DNA of 64,000 nucleotides from Candidatus Omnitrophota bacterium (GCA_003141835.1 PLNR01000007.1:3639-67638), one strand, 5' to 3'; positions 49,293 to 60,077 are shown, counted from the stretch's first letter. Notes: a model not told the origin generated them from the letters alone. Program-made: numbers and translations.

Positions 49293-49967
49293 ATGAAAAA
49301 AGCATTCTTCCTAGGATTAGTTGTCGGGTTAATTTTCTTCTTAACATCTCCGGCGTACGCCGCCAATTTGTTGGCCAATCCCGATTTTGAGATGTGGGGG
49401 CCATGGGGTCCTGGCGGTGCCGAGGTTCCCGCAGATTGGTGGAGTATGTTCAATGACCCAAGCGTGATCGGAGCAAAGGAATCCGCTATAAAATGGAGCG
49501 GATCTTATTCCGCAAAGGCAGAGTTTGCGGGTACTGCCGCCGGATGGGGCGGATGGGGCCAGAGGATACCTTTTACGGCCGGAAACACATTGTACGTCCG
49601 CCAGCCTATGAATATGCCGGCGGCTTTGGGAGGCAACCATTCGCTGGCGACCCTGGAAATAGCGTTTGAAAGCGCGCCTGACGTTACCATAGGCTCTCCG
49701 GTTAAGGGATCGGTATCTGAGGCATACGGAAGCGAGTGGGGCGCCTGGCGGTGGGAGGCAGTTGCGCCGGCAGGCACGACTTCTATCAGGTATGCCGTCC
49801 TTTTGGAGACATGGGGGAGCGGCAGCGGCACTGCATATTTTGACGATTGTTATGCCGGTGATACTCCATGGGTGCCAATTCCGGAACCGGCGAGCATGTT
49901 ATTGTTAAGCTCCGGCTTACTCGGGCTGTTTGGTATCGCAAGAAGGAAGGATAATAGCAATAAATAG
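49293..49967 (+). CDS. PEP-CTERM sorting domain protein with carbohydrate-binding-like domain
   Basis: Signal peptide, ANLLANPDFE, YFDD, C-terminal IPEPASMLLL..GLLGL...RRK. Confidence 0.88.
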   Translation: MKKAFFLGLVVGLIFFLTSPAYAANLLANPDFEMWGPWGPGGAEVPADWWSMFNDPSVIGAKESAIKWSGSYSAKAEFAGTAAGWGGWGQRIPFTAGNTLYVRQPMNMPAALGGNHSLATLEIAFESAPDVTIGSPVKGSVSEAYGSEWGAWRWEAVAPAGTTSIRYAVLLETWGSGSGTAYFDDCYAGDTPWVPIPEPASMLLLSSGLLGLFGIARRKDNSNK

Positions 49968-50084
49968 GCCCGTCTATTTTCAGTATCCTCGCCATTTCTC
50001 TTCTTCTTCCTTTACTTCTTATCTTTCACAGAGTTATAATGGCCCCAAGACATCGCGATCTTTATTATTTAAAGGAGAATATCG

Positions 50085-51377
50085 ATGACTGAATTTACGT
50101 TGGCGGCGCCCGCCGCACTCTTCGGAAAAGGTTTTGATTGCAGGATCAGGGGGTTTATTGGCAGGATAACCAGAAGGTTATCTTTGCATATCTCGAAGGC
50201 CATTTCATCGAACAATTTCCGGCTTTCTGTCATTGCGACGATGTTCCTGTCCCTTATTTTGGCAAGGGTAGCGGTACACTCTTTCGGCGTATCCCTGGGC
50301 TATCTCTATTTGGTCGTGATATCACTTGCTGGCATCTGGTTCGGAATTATGGGAGGGCTGCTTGCGGCGGCGGCCTCTGTCCTGATATTCTCCGCAGAGA
50401 TAATCGTTTTAAGGGACTGGCCTTTTAGGGACCTTGTCCTGAATGGGGCGCCTTTCAGGCTGCTAGCTTTTTCCCTCGGAGGGATCATAGTAGGTTATAT
50501 TTCTGAAGCGGAGAGAAGGCTGAAAGAAAGATTAAGGGAATTAGCCTACAAGGATGAACTTACCGGTTGTGTAAATTACAGATGGGCAATGCAAATACTC
50601 GAGAACGAGATTGAACGCAGCGAACGTTATCAAAAGGAGACAGCAGTAATAATAATCGACATTGACCACTTTAAGGATATCAATGACGCATACGGCCATC
50701 TGGCCGGAAACGACGTCTTGAAGACTTTTGTTGATGTGCTCAAAAACAACATAAGGACTATCGATACCGTAGGCAGGTATGGAGGCGAGGAGTTCATTAT
50801 AATCTTCCCCGAAAAGAATTCCGAAGAGGCGCTCGTGGCCGTGGACAGGATCAGGGAACGGCTCTCCGAGCTTCATATGGCGGGCAGGCACTTCAAGCAT
50901 GGCTTGGATATCCGGTTGACGTTCAGCGCCGGCGTCGTATCTTTCCCCTTAAACGGCAAGGACCTCGATGTCTTAATAGATACAGCCGATAAAGCGCTTT
51001 ACAGGGCTAAGAATGACGGCCGCAACCGGACGACTATCGAAAAAAGGAAATGGGCGAGATTCGATCCGGGCCGTAATATTAAGATCAATATCCTCGAACC
51101 ATCGGGCAAAGATTGCCTGCAACCGCTAAAAATAAAAGATGTTTCTCAAAAAGGTATGCTGCTTGTCTTTCCAAAGGATATTTCCTCGGGGGAATTACTG
51201 CTGAGGATCCATTTTCCCGAAGAAAAGTTCGTTTCGGAGTTCAGGGGCAAAGTTATCCATAAGAGGAATGAAAAAGGGCTTTGTTACGCCGGCATTTATT
51301 TTGTTGATATACCGGTAGACATAGAAAAGAAGATAATGAATGTGATCGTGAGCGAAAACCAAAACATTCCCAGCTAA
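50085..51377 (+). CDS. membrane diguanylate cyclase with C-terminal PilZ domain
   Basis: TM region; DELTG, DIDHFK.IND.YGH..G, RTID I-site, RYGGEEF, ADKALYRAK; EKRKWARF...DVSQKG PilZ motifs. Confidence 0.9.
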   Translation: MTEFTLAAPAALFGKGFDCRIRGFIGRITRRLSLHISKAISSNNFRLSVIATMFLSLILARVAVHSFGVSLGYLYLVVISLAGIWFGIMGGLLAAAASVLIFSAEIIVLRDWPFRDLVLNGAPFRLLAFSLGGIIVGYISEAERRLKERLRELAYKDELTGCVNYRWAMQILENEIERSERYQKETAVIIIDIDHFKDINDAYGHLAGNDVLKTFVDVLKNNIRTIDTVGRYGGEEFIIIFPEKNSEEALVAVDRIRERLSELHMAGRHFKHGLDIRLTFSAGVVSFPLNGKDLDVLIDTADKALYRAKNDGRNRTTIEKRKWARFDPGRNIKINILEPSGKDCLQPLKIKDVSQKGMLLVFPKDISSGELLLRIHFPEEKFVSEFRGKVIHKRNEKGLCYAGIYFVDIPVDIEKKIMNVIVSENQNIPS

Positions 51378-51461
51378 ATGGACAGTAAAACGGGCTTGAC
51401 AGGAATAAAAGCGCATGATGTAGTTCTATCACTATGAAACTATCAGATGCTAAAACCTGAT

Positions 51462-51499
51462 ATGCTGGGGGGATATGCGCATATTCCCCCAGCATTTTT
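51462..51499 (+). terminator. strong intrinsic terminator
   Basis: ATGCTGGGGGGATATGCGCATATTCCCCCAGCAT followed by TTTT. Confidence 0.75.
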
Positions 51500-51545
51500 G
51501 TTGTGGTATAATTAACACAAAGGCCAACGAGAAAGAAAAGCTATC

Positions 51546-52586
51546 ATGCCTGAGAGTATCACTAAAAAGCTGTCATTTTTGGACAGGTTCTTGACCCTGT
51601 GGATCTTTATGGCCATGGCCATAGGCGTACTGTCCGGATATTTCTTTTCGGGTATTGTGGGATTTTGGAATAGGTTCCAGGTAGGGACGACCAATATACC
51701 GATCGCTATCGGCCTTATTCTTATGATGTATCCGCCCTTGGCAAAGGTTAAATATGAAGAAATGGGCGGGGTTTTTAAGGACGTCAAAGTGCTAATCCTG
51801 TCGCTCGTCCAGAACTGGATCATCGGCCCTGTTTTTATGTTTTTATTGGCGGTGATATTTTTAAGGAATTATCCGGAATATATGGTCGGGCTGATCATGA
51901 TCGGGCTTGCCAGGTGCATCGCGATGGTCATCGTCTGGAACGAGTTAGCCAAAGGCGATACCGAATATTGCGCGGGCCTCGTGGCTTTTAATTCACTGTT
52001 CCAGGTCATATTTTTTTCGGCATATGCGTGGTTTTTTATCACAGTGCTGCCTCCGTATTTCGGGATAAAGGGGACTCAAGTTAATATAAGCATTTCCCAG
52101 ATCGCGAACAGCGTCTTTATTTATCTCGGCATCCCGTTCCTGGCGGGCATTATTACGAGGATCACATTGCTGAGGTTAAAAAGCAGGAAATGGTATGAAG
52201 AAAAATTCATACCTAAGATCAGTCCCATTACCCTTGCATCCCTGTTGTTCACTATCATCGTTATGTTTTCGCTCAAGGGCGAATATATAGTTAAAATTCC
52301 CATGGATGTCCTGCGGATCGCCGTGCCGCTCTTGATCTATTTCGTGCTGATGTTTTTTATATCTTTCTATATGGGTATGAGGATCAACGCGGGATATGCG
52401 AAAACCGCGACTTTGTCATTTACCGCGGCCAGCAACAATTTCGAGCTGGCGATCGCGGTAGCAGTGGCTGTTTTCGGGATAAATTCAGGAGTTGCTTTTG
52501 CTGCGGTCATCGGGCCGTTAGTAGAGGTGCCGGCGCTTATAATCCTAGTCAACGTCGCATTGCGGTTAAAAAAGGGGATAAGATGA
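51546..52586 (+). CDS. acr3: ACR3-family arsenite efflux transporter
   Basis: [62 protein letters not shown]. Confidence 0.95.
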   Translation: MPESITKKLSFLDRFLTLWIFMAMAIGVLSGYFFSGIVGFWNRFQVGTTNIPIAIGLILMMYPPLAKVKYEEMGGVFKDVKVLILSLVQNWIIGPVFMFLLAVIFLRNYPEYMVGLIMIGLARCIAMVIVWNELAKGDTEYCAGLVAFNSLFQVIFFSAYAWFFITVLPPYFGIKGTQVNISISQIANSVFIYLGIPFLAGIITRITLLRLKSRKWYEEKFIPKISPITLASLLFTIIVMFSLKGEYIVKIPMDVLRIAVPLLIYFVLMFFISFYMGMRINAGYAKTATLSFTAASNNFELAIAVAVAVFGINSGVAFAAVIGPLVEVPALIILVNVALRLKKGIR

Positions 52587-54607
52587 AAAGGCCAATGGTT
52601 ATTGCCAGTGTTTTAGTTTTGGTTTTAGCGTGCGGGATAATTTACAAAATAACCACAGCCGGGCTCCCCATCGATAATGTACTTCCGGGCGGAGCAATGG
52701 GGTATATCCGTATTTCGGACGTGGAAAAGCAGGTAAATGACTTCAAGGCCACGCGGCTTTGGAAGAACGTCAAAAAGATCAACATAGAATTGTTGATGGA
52801 AAAAAGCGGCGCGAGCAAGAAGGATATAGAAGGATACCAGGACACGAAGAAATGGTTTTCAAGCGCCTTCGGCGGCTCGGTGATGAGGGAATTGTTCGGG
52901 AAGGAGATGGCGTTCGCGGTATATCCCGGCAATATCAAGGAAGCGACCCCCGCAGCTATAGATGAAACCGTGTCGAATTTATTCCTGGTGACGAGGGTCA
53001 AGCCCGGGGCCGATTTCATCGAATTCGCATCAAAGATCATAAACAAGGCCGGTCAAAAAGCCGACGTATCCGAGGAGACCTATAAGGGGAGGAAGATCAC
53101 GATCATCAAGATCGGCGGCGATGTCAATATCGCCTATACCAAGATAAAGGACTTGCTGGTGGTCGGCTTAGGCAAGAAGGCCGCTTCTTCCTGTATTGAT
53201 GTCATTAACAGGGATAAACCTTCTCTTTCCAGGGACAAAGACTACGTCACTACCATGTCAAAGTTCCCGAAAAACGCAAGCACCGTTGCCTTTATAAATG
53301 TCGAATCATTTATCCCTGCCTTCAAGCAGCCTGTTGCGGCAAACCAGCAGATGAGCAAGACGTTCGACAAGCTCCTCAGTTTGTACCCGGGATTCAAGAC
53401 GATGGGTTATGCCTATTTCGCCAAGACCAATGAATTAAAGACGGTATTCTTTTATGATAAAGAGAAGATGATCCCGCTTTATGCGAAATTATATTCTTTT
53501 GCGCCCCGGAAGAACGAGACCATCAAGTTCGCGCCTGAAAATGTCATCAGCTATCAATGGGGGACTTTCGACTTTAAGTCGTACTGGGGATACCTCAGGT
53601 CCGAAATGGAGCAGCCTTCCGCCCGGGCCGGCCAAACCGGTAACGTGTCCCCGATAAAAGGCCTCGTCTCCGGATTGGAAAGCAAGATCGGGATGAGTAT
53701 TGATAATGAACTGATCCCGGCGCTGGGTGATGAATCCGCTTTTATCCTTACGGACATCAACGTAGAAGGCCTGTTCCCCATGCCGGAATTTGTCGTTTGT
53801 TTAAAAGTGAAAGATAAGGCGACTATCGACAAGGCGCTAAACTCCTTGTTGAAAGGCGGAGATATATCATTCCAGCCGGAAGGATATAAAGGCATCGACC
53901 TGAAATATATCGCTTTACCGTTCGGCGCGAACCTGCAGCCGTCATACTGCTATGCGGGGGATTATCTGCTTGTATCATTGGGGCGCAAATCCTTAAAACA
54001 GTCGATAGACTCTTCTAAAGGCGCCGCAAAGTCCCTCCTGGAGAACGAGGATTTCAAGGCCGTTAACCGCGACCTCACCGGCGAGTCCAACGCCGTATAT
54101 TTCCTTAAGGCTGATGTCTTGATGCAAAGAGCCAAAAGCGTGTGCGAATGGCTCTACGGGTGGATGGGGATCATGGATAAACAGGCCGAGAAATACAAGG
54201 AGATGGCGAAGATCAGGGCTGACGCCCTTGCGGCCGGTATAGCCAAGGATGAGACGGCTCTTGAAGAATCCAAAGCGGCCCTCCTGTTACTTGAAAATGA
54301 GATCGAAGGTCTTAAGGCGCAAGCGGCAGATACCGCTGCGAAGCAGGCCGAATCGGATAAGCTGAAAGACGATATCGCATTAAAGCAGGGGATGCTCGAT
54401 AAGGAGAAGAAGGACCTTGAACAGGCGAAGGCAATGGCCGGCCGAGAGCCTGCAAAAAAGACGGATCTTACGCTGGTAAAGCTTTATCTGGATAATCTGG
54501 TTTATCCCGTTTTGGACGGTTTCCAACCCCTGAAGGCCGTTGGATCAAAGGTTACCTTCGGAGATAATATGACGCATTCGGAGACATTTTTTAAGGTTGC
54601 GGAATGA
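52583..54607 (+). CDS. DUF3352-like exported protein with coiled-coil insertion
   Basis: N-terminal TM anchor, [21 protein letters not shown], long heptad segment near the C-terminus. Confidence 0.6.
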   Translation: MKRPMVIASVLVLVLACGIIYKITTAGLPIDNVLPGGAMGYIRISDVEKQVNDFKATRLWKNVKKINIELLMEKSGASKKDIEGYQDTKKWFSSAFGGSVMRELFGKEMAFAVYPGNIKEATPAAIDETVSNLFLVTRVKPGADFIEFASKIINKAGQKADVSEETYKGRKITIIKIGGDVNIAYTKIKDLLVVGLGKKAASSCIDVINRDKPSLSRDKDYVTTMSKFPKNASTVAFINVESFIPAFKQPVAANQQMSKTFDKLLSLYPGFKTMGYAYFAKTNELKTVFFYDKEKMIPLYAKLYSFAPRKNETIKFAPENVISYQWGTFDFKSYWGYLRSEMEQPSARAGQTGNVSPIKGLVSGLESKIGMSIDNELIPALGDESAFILTDINVEGLFPMPEFVVCLKVKDKATIDKALNSLLKGGDISFQPEGYKGIDLKYIALPFGANLQPSYCYAGDYLLVSLGRKSLKQSIDSSKGAAKSLLENEDFKAVNRDLTGESNAVYFLKADVLMQRAKSVCEWLYGWMGIMDKQAEKYKEMAKIRADALAAGIAKDETALEESKAALLLLENEIEGLKAQAADTAAKQAESDKLKDDIALKQGMLDKEKKDLEQAKAMAGREPAKKTDLTLVKLYLDNLVYPVLDGFQPLKAVGSKVTFGDNMTHSETFFKVAE

Positions 54608-54667
54608 TGGATAAAATAAAATACTTAATTGATTTCCCGTCGGGAATAATGTAATATAGTGCCTCAC

Positions 54668-54757
54668 GGAGAGGTGTGAGAGCGGTTGAATCAGCACGCT
54701 TGGAAGGCGTGTAGGTCCGTAAGGGCCTCCAGGGTTCAAATCCCTGCCTCTCCGCCA
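54668..54757 (+). tRNA. tRNA-Ser(GGA)
   Basis: GGAGAGG/CCTCTCC acceptor, CACGC-TTGGAAG-GCGTG anticodon arm, long variable arm, GCCA; TTGATT-17-TAATAT upstream. Confidence 0.95.
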
Positions 54758-54792
54758 TTTATTTTATAGCATATCGCGAAAAGGGCTTCCCT

Positions 54793-56211
54793 ATGAAGAG
54801 AGTCCTGCTGGTCAATCCTCCCGAAAGCGGCATGGGAGAGCATTCTTCCGCCCCCGCAGGCCTTTTGTATATCGCGGGGGTATTGCAAAAACATGATATC
54901 CCGGTAAAGGTCGTCGACGGATTTTTAGAAGGATGGAAAGGCGTAGAGGAAACGATCAGGGATTACCGGCCCGATATCATAGGTATCACCTGCCATACTT
55001 ATGCCAGGGCCAGGGCGTTAAAGATCGCCAAACTGGCGAAAGATATCCTCCCCGAAGCAACGGTAGTTGTCGGCGGGGCGCATCCTACGGTAATGCCCAG
55101 GCAGATGCTCGAGAATTACCCCTTCATAGACATAGCGGCTATAGGAGAAGCGGATTATGTCCTGCGGGATGTATGCGAAAATAAAAGCTATTCGGCTATC
55201 CCCGGGATAGCGTACCGCGAGAACGGCAGCGTTGTCATAAATCCGAGGCGGGACGTTATCGCGGACCTGGACACCCTGCCGTTCCCGGCTTGGAACCTCC
55301 TCGACCTGAAACGCTACCCTCCGGACGGCCAAGGCGTCTACCGCGGCATAGACCTCGCTAAAGAGCCGCGCATCTCCGTGGTATTTTCAAGAGGATGCGT
55401 AGGCGACTGCAATTTTTGCTCCAACAGGCTGATGTGGAAAAGATGGAGGCACCGTTCCCCGGAAAACATGCTCGGGGAGTTGGAGCTTTTAAACAAGACC
55501 TTCGGCATAAAGCACATCCATTTCAATGACGACTGCTTTTCAGTGGATAAGAAAGCGGCTATAGGCTTGTGCCGCGGCATCGCGGACAGGAAATTGGATA
55601 TCGTCTTTGACATCGTTACGCGCACGGATTGTGTCGATGCCGAAATATTACAGGCGTTGAAAGACGCCGGATGCTATAGTATCAGTTACGGCGTGGAGAC
55701 GGCCTCTCCGATCCTGCTTAAGATCATGGGAAAACCGATAAATACAAAAAAACAGGAAGAGGCCATAAAATTAACAAATTCGTTCGGGATAAGGACCTTG
55801 GTCCTCCTCATTGCCGGCTGCGTCGGAGAGACGTGGGAGACGATCAACGAGACCGTGGATTCCATGGACCGGGCGCAGCCCTCGGCGGTCGGCATAGCTA
55901 ACGGACTGATGATATTCCCCGGCACAAAGGTCTACGAGATAGCCAAGAAGAACGGCGTGATCGATGACAGTTTTTGGCTGACAGATTATGCCTGGAAGAT
56001 GTATACTTTTGAAAACTCCCCTTTATGGCTGGATATCTTCAGCCGCGCGCTTGAGACGAGGCGGAGGTTGTCCCGGTCCCGGATCGTTAATTTGATCAGG
56101 AACCACAGGTTCGTCTCGCGCCGGATCGGGCGCAGGATAAAGGACCTTCTTATGGGATTCGGACTGGCGAAACAGGGAACGGCAGGCGGCAAATACAAGG
56201 TGGTCCGGTAG
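54793..56211 (+). CDS. B12-binding radical SAM protein
   Basis: LLVNPP, GLLYIA, VVGGAHPT, SRGCVGDCNFC, GVET. Confidence 0.9.
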   Translation: MKRVLLVNPPESGMGEHSSAPAGLLYIAGVLQKHDIPVKVVDGFLEGWKGVEETIRDYRPDIIGITCHTYARARALKIAKLAKDILPEATVVVGGAHPTVMPRQMLENYPFIDIAAIGEADYVLRDVCENKSYSAIPGIAYRENGSVVINPRRDVIADLDTLPFPAWNLLDLKRYPPDGQGVYRGIDLAKEPRISVVFSRGCVGDCNFCSNRLMWKRWRHRSPENMLGELELLNKTFGIKHIHFNDDCFSVDKKAAIGLCRGIADRKLDIVFDIVTRTDCVDAEILQALKDAGCYSISYGVETASPILLKIMGKPINTKKQEEAIKLTNSFGIRTLVLLIAGCVGETWETINETVDSMDRAQPSAVGIANGLMIFPGTKVYEIAKKNGVIDDSFWLTDYAWKMYTFENSPLWLDIFSRALETRRRLSRSRIVNLIRNHRFVSRRIGRRIKDLLMGFGLAKQGTAGGKYKVVR

Positions 56212-56243
56212 AAGCCGCCAATCGCTTACTAAACGGAGGATAC

Positions 56244-57233
56244 ATGAGATATATCAAGGTCGTGATGGTTTTCCTGGCGATAACGGTCCTGGCGGCAAAT
56301 ATCTCTTATGCCGCGGGCGCAAATAAAAAAATAAAAGTGGGCGTGAGCGTCGCCACGATGAAAGAGGCGGTATATTCTTTCATGAAAAAGGCGATGATGG
56401 ATAATAAGGACGAATATAACGCGGAGATCTACTGGGTCGCGGCAAATAACGACGAAATGGCCCAAGTCGCAAACGTCGAAGACCTCCTGGCCCAGGGCAT
56501 CGACGTCCTTATCCTGCACCCGGTAAATACGGTCGCGGCCGGAAGCCTCGTCGAAAAGGCGAGGAAGGAGAACGTCCCCGTCATCTCGATGGACAGGCTG
56601 CCGGTCAACGCCAACGTCAATTGCCACGTCACCGCCAACAGCTTCCTCGTCGGGCAGACGCAAGCCAAATACCTCGCTGAGAAACTTAACGGCAAGGGGA
56701 ACGTCGTCATCCTCGAAGGCGAGTCCGGAAACGATGTTGCGAAGGAGATAACGGCCGGCAATAAAGATATCCTGAAGAATTATCCAGGCATGAAGATAGT
56801 CGTGGACCAGACGCATAAATCGTGGTCGAGAGACCTGGCGATGGCCACCACAGAGAACGCGCTGACGAATTACAAGAATGACATCCAGGGCATAGCGGCC
56901 AATAACAGCGGCATGATAATGGGCGCGGTCCAGGCAATACTAGCAGAGGGACTGAAAGGCAAGATAATCACGGTCGGCTCTGACGCGGACAAGGACAGCT
57001 GCCAGGCGATAATCGACGGCACGAACAGCGCCGATGTCGATAAGGAGCCGTACCAGCTGGGCTTGATAAGTTTCGAGACTGCGGTCAAGATCGCCAGGGG
57101 CGAGAAAGTCGAAACGGACACGACGGTACAGAACGGGAAATATAAAGTGCCGGTGAAATTCACCCCGGTCCGCCTCATCACGAAAGAGAACGTCAAAGAT
57201 ATGAAGGACCGCTGGCCCGAACTGAAATTCTAA
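56244..57233 (+). CDS. sugar ABC transporter substrate-binding protein (XylF/RbsB-like)
   Basis: Signal peptide, Q...VEDLLAQGIDVLI, PVISMDR, AANN, VGSDAD. Confidence 0.9.
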   Translation: MRYIKVVMVFLAITVLAANISYAAGANKKIKVGVSVATMKEAVYSFMKKAMMDNKDEYNAEIYWVAANNDEMAQVANVEDLLAQGIDVLILHPVNTVAAGSLVEKARKENVPVISMDRLPVNANVNCHVTANSFLVGQTQAKYLAEKLNGKGNVVILEGESGNDVAKEITAGNKDILKNYPGMKIVVDQTHKSWSRDLAMATTENALTNYKNDIQGIAANNSGMIMGAVQAILAEGLKGKIITVGSDADKDSCQAIIDGTNSADVDKEPYQLGLISFETAVKIARGEKVETDTTVQNGKYKVPVKFTPVRLITKENVKDMKDRWPELKF

Positions 57234-57234
57234 G

Positions 57235-58770
57235 GTGATCCCATTGGAAAACCCAGTTATTTTAGAGACTAAGAACATAACGAAAGATTTCCCCGGCGTC
57301 CGCGCCTTGGACAGCGTCTCTTTCCAGCTTAAAAAAGGCGAAGTCCTGGGATTGGTCGGCGAGAACGGCGCAGGGAAATCGACCCTGATGAAGATATTCA
57401 GCGGCGCCTATCCCGCCAATACTTACGACGGCGAGATCTCCATAGAGGGCAAGCGCTGCATCTTCAACAGCCCGAAAGATTCCCAAAAGGCCGGCATAGC
57501 CATCATCTACCAGGAATTGAACCTTATTCCCGAACTTACGGTCGCGGAAAATATATTTTTAGCCCGCGAACCCACGGTGGGAAAAACCGGCGTCATTGAC
57601 CGTAAAAAACTTTTCATCCAGACCAAAGACCTACTCGACCGGATAAATATCCCCATATCCTCCCAAGAGCAGATAAAAAATTTAAGCATCGGCAAACAGC
57701 AGATGGTCGAGATAGCCAAAGCCCTTTCTTACAACGCCAAGATCCTTATCCTCGACGAGCCTACGAGCGCCCTCACTGAACAGGAAGTCGAAGTCCTCTT
57801 AAAGATGATAGATTCGCTGCGCGCGCGCGGCGTAAGCATGATATACATTTCGCATAAGCTCGATGAGATCTTCAAGATCACCGACAGCGTGACCGTGATG
57901 CGCGACGGAAAGACAGTCTCCTCAAGGCGCACCCCGGAACTGGGCCGGCAGGAGATGGTCGCGCTCATGGTAGGCCGCAACATAGAAGATATGTATCCAA
58001 AGAAGGAGGCCGGGATAAGCGACGTGATCCTTGAGGTGAGGGGCCTGTTCGTGGACCATCCCTTTCTCGCCGGGGAAAAAGTGGTCAAAGATGTCAGTTT
58101 TAAAGTAAGGAGAGGGGAGATCGTCGGAATATCCGGCCTGATGGGGTCGGGCAGGTCGGAATTGGTCACCTCTATCTTCGGAGCTTTTCCCGCCCATTCT
58201 TCAGGAGAAATATATATTGGCGGCAAGCGCGTGAAAATAAGCTGCCCGCATGAGGCGATAAATTACGGCCTCGGGCTGGTGACCGAAGACCGCAAGTTAT
58301 TCGGCCTTGTGCTCGGCATGGAGGTGGGGGAGAATATCACGCTATCATGCCTGGAAAAATTAAGCTGGCACCAGATAATAATACGGCGCCGGGAGGGCGA
58401 ATTGGTAAACAAATATATGAGCGCGTTGAGGGTAAAGGCCCGCAGTTCGGAGACGGTAGTCAATACGTTGAGCGGCGGCAACCAGCAAAAAGTCGTCATC
58501 GCCAAATGGCTTGCCACGAACCCCAAAGTGCTTTTGCTGGACGAGCCGACGCGCGGCGTCGATGTCGCCGCGAAAGCCGAGATATACCAATTGATGACCA
58601 ATCTTGCCGGCGAAGGGATAGGCATAGTGATGGTCTCATCCGACCTTCCCGAAGTAGTGAGCATGAGCGACAGGATCCTGATAATGCACGAGGGCAGCAT
58701 GGTAAAGGAACTGCAAAAAAATGAAGCCACGCAGGAGAAGATAATGTTTTACGCGACGGGGGGCAAATGA
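57235..58770 (+). CDS. sugar ABC transporter ATP-binding protein (double NBD, XylG/RbsA-like)
   Basis: GENGAGKSTLMK, LDEPT, TEDRK, LSGGNQQK, DEPTRGVD. Confidence 0.94.
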   Translation: MIPLENPVILETKNITKDFPGVRALDSVSFQLKKGEVLGLVGENGAGKSTLMKIFSGAYPANTYDGEISIEGKRCIFNSPKDSQKAGIAIIYQELNLIPELTVAENIFLAREPTVGKTGVIDRKKLFIQTKDLLDRINIPISSQEQIKNLSIGKQQMVEIAKALSYNAKILILDEPTSALTEQEVEVLLKMIDSLRARGVSMIYISHKLDEIFKITDSVTVMRDGKTVSSRRTPELGRQEMVALMVGRNIEDMYPKKEAGISDVILEVRGLFVDHPFLAGEKVVKDVSFKVRRGEIVGISGLMGSGRSELVTSIFGAFPAHSSGEIYIGGKRVKISCPHEAINYGLGLVTEDRKLFGLVLGMEVGENITLSCLEKLSWHQIIIRRREGELVNKYMSALRVKARSSETVVNTLSGGNQQKVVIAKWLATNPKVLLLDEPTRGVDVAAKAEIYQLMTNLAGEGIGIVMVSSDLPEVVSMSDRILIMHEGSMVKELQKNEATQEKIMFYATGGK

Positions 58771-59888
58771 AAAACCAGGGTAAAAGCAGCCTCGGCCGGA
58801 TGATCATCGGGAAATACGGGAACCTGATAGGCCTTGTCGTCCTGATAGCCCTGACGACGATATTGACGAACGGCATGTTCTTTACCCAGAGGAACCTTAT
58901 AAATGTCCTGCGCCAGGTATCGGTAAACGGCATACTCGCCGTCGGAATGACGCTGGTCATCATCACCGGCGGCATCGACCTCTCGGTCGGTTCCGTGGTA
59001 GCCCTGACCGGCATCATCGCGGCGCTGCTGCAGCCTCAAGGGACTGTCGCGGCGATCGCGCTTACCATGGTGGCAGGGGCGGTGATCGGCGGATGTAACG
59101 GCTTCTTCGTAACGAAATTCAGGATACCCTCATTTATAATCACCCTGGGCATGATGACGATCGCCAGGGGGCTTGCTTTGGTATTTTCAAAGGGAGAGGC
59201 GATATCGGGGCTCAATGACAACTTTTTAGCCATAAGCGAAAGTTATATCTCCCCGTTTATTTCCCTTACGGTTTTTGGTTTTATATGCTTTCTCGCCGTA
59301 TTCATCTATTTTAAAGAAAGAAAAAGCTCCGGATACGAAAGAAAATTAATCACCTTCAATTTTATCGGTGTGCTGAACATCCTGTTTATTGCGGCTGCCG
59401 CAGCGGTCCTGGTGTGGCTGATAGGATTCCGCGGGATGCCCGCCGGAGTGGCGGTGTTCTTGGGCATCGCATTCCTGGGCGCTTATACGCTTAACCAGAC
59501 GAGATTCGGCCGTTATGTATACGCTATCGGAGGCAACGAAGAGGCGTCGCGGCTCTCCGGCATAAATGTCAAAGCGGTCAAGCTCCTGGTCTTCCTCATC
59601 ATGGGCGTTTTGGCCGCGGTCTCAGGGATGGTCCTGGCCGCGCGGCTTAATTCCGGCGTGCCGACTTCCGGCGTGATGTTCGAGCTGGACGCTATCGCGT
59701 CGGTCGTCATAGGCGGGACCAGCCTTTCGGGCGGCTACGGCAGCGTCGGCGGCTCGATAATAGGAGCTTTCATAATCGGGACATTGAATAACGGGATGCA
59801 GTTATTGCACATAGATCCCTTTTACCAGGAGATAGCCAAAGGCGTCATAATCATCGGCGCGGTCTTGATGGACAGGAAGAAAAAATAA
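58767..59888 (+). CDS. sugar ABC transporter permease
   Basis: GMTLVIITGGIDLSVGS, TRFGRYVYAIGGNEEAS.LSGI, ELDAIA.VVIGGTS. Confidence 0.94.
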   Translation: MKNQGKSSLGRMIIGKYGNLIGLVVLIALTTILTNGMFFTQRNLINVLRQVSVNGILAVGMTLVIITGGIDLSVGSVVALTGIIAALLQPQGTVAAIALTMVAGAVIGGCNGFFVTKFRIPSFIITLGMMTIARGLALVFSKGEAISGLNDNFLAISESYISPFISLTVFGFICFLAVFIYFKERKSSGYERKLITFNFIGVLNILFIAAAAAVLVWLIGFRGMPAGVAVFLGIAFLGAYTLNQTRFGRYVYAIGGNEEASRLSGINVKAVKLLVFLIMGVLAAVSGMVLAARLNSGVPTSGVMFELDAIASVVIGGTSLSGGYGSVGGSIIGAFIIGTLNNGMQLLHIDPFYQEIAKGVIIIGAVLMDRKKK

Positions 59889-59967
59889 CCAAAGATTAAG
59901 CCGTGAACCTTCCGCCTCGCGCGGCAGAGCGGGAGAAGCCGCCGTTAAGAAAAACATATATAATTCT

Positions 59968-60003
59968 ACAAAGGGCCGGATCTAACCCTCCGCCCCTTTT
60001 TGT
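59968..60003. terminator. possible terminator hairpin after the sugar ABC operon
   Basis: ACAAAGGGCCGGA...TCCGCCCCTTTTTGT imperfect stem with T-run. Confidence 0.5.
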
Positions 60004-60077
60004 TAAATGCCATAAAAAACTGGATATAGTGGGAAAAATAAGGTATAATCTGTGCTCTTCTAGCCAAAGGTGAGCCT

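Noticed and set aside
49973-50091. Possible fragment of a membrane-protein gene (SIFSILAISLLLPLLLIFHRVIM...)
   Set aside because: No start codon or RBS, and pyrimidine-rich DNA gives hydrophobic translations by chance; cannot be supported without a homology search
51418-51445. preQ1-I riboswitch resemblance (GTTCTA...AAACTA)
   Set aside because: Weak stem, A-rich tail too short, overlaps the predicted -10, and the downstream gene is unrelated to queuosine
59882-59950. attC-like site (..TAAC ... GTTAAGA after a stop codon)
   Set aside because: R''/R' and L boxes are not complementary, there is a single copy and no integron integrase is present
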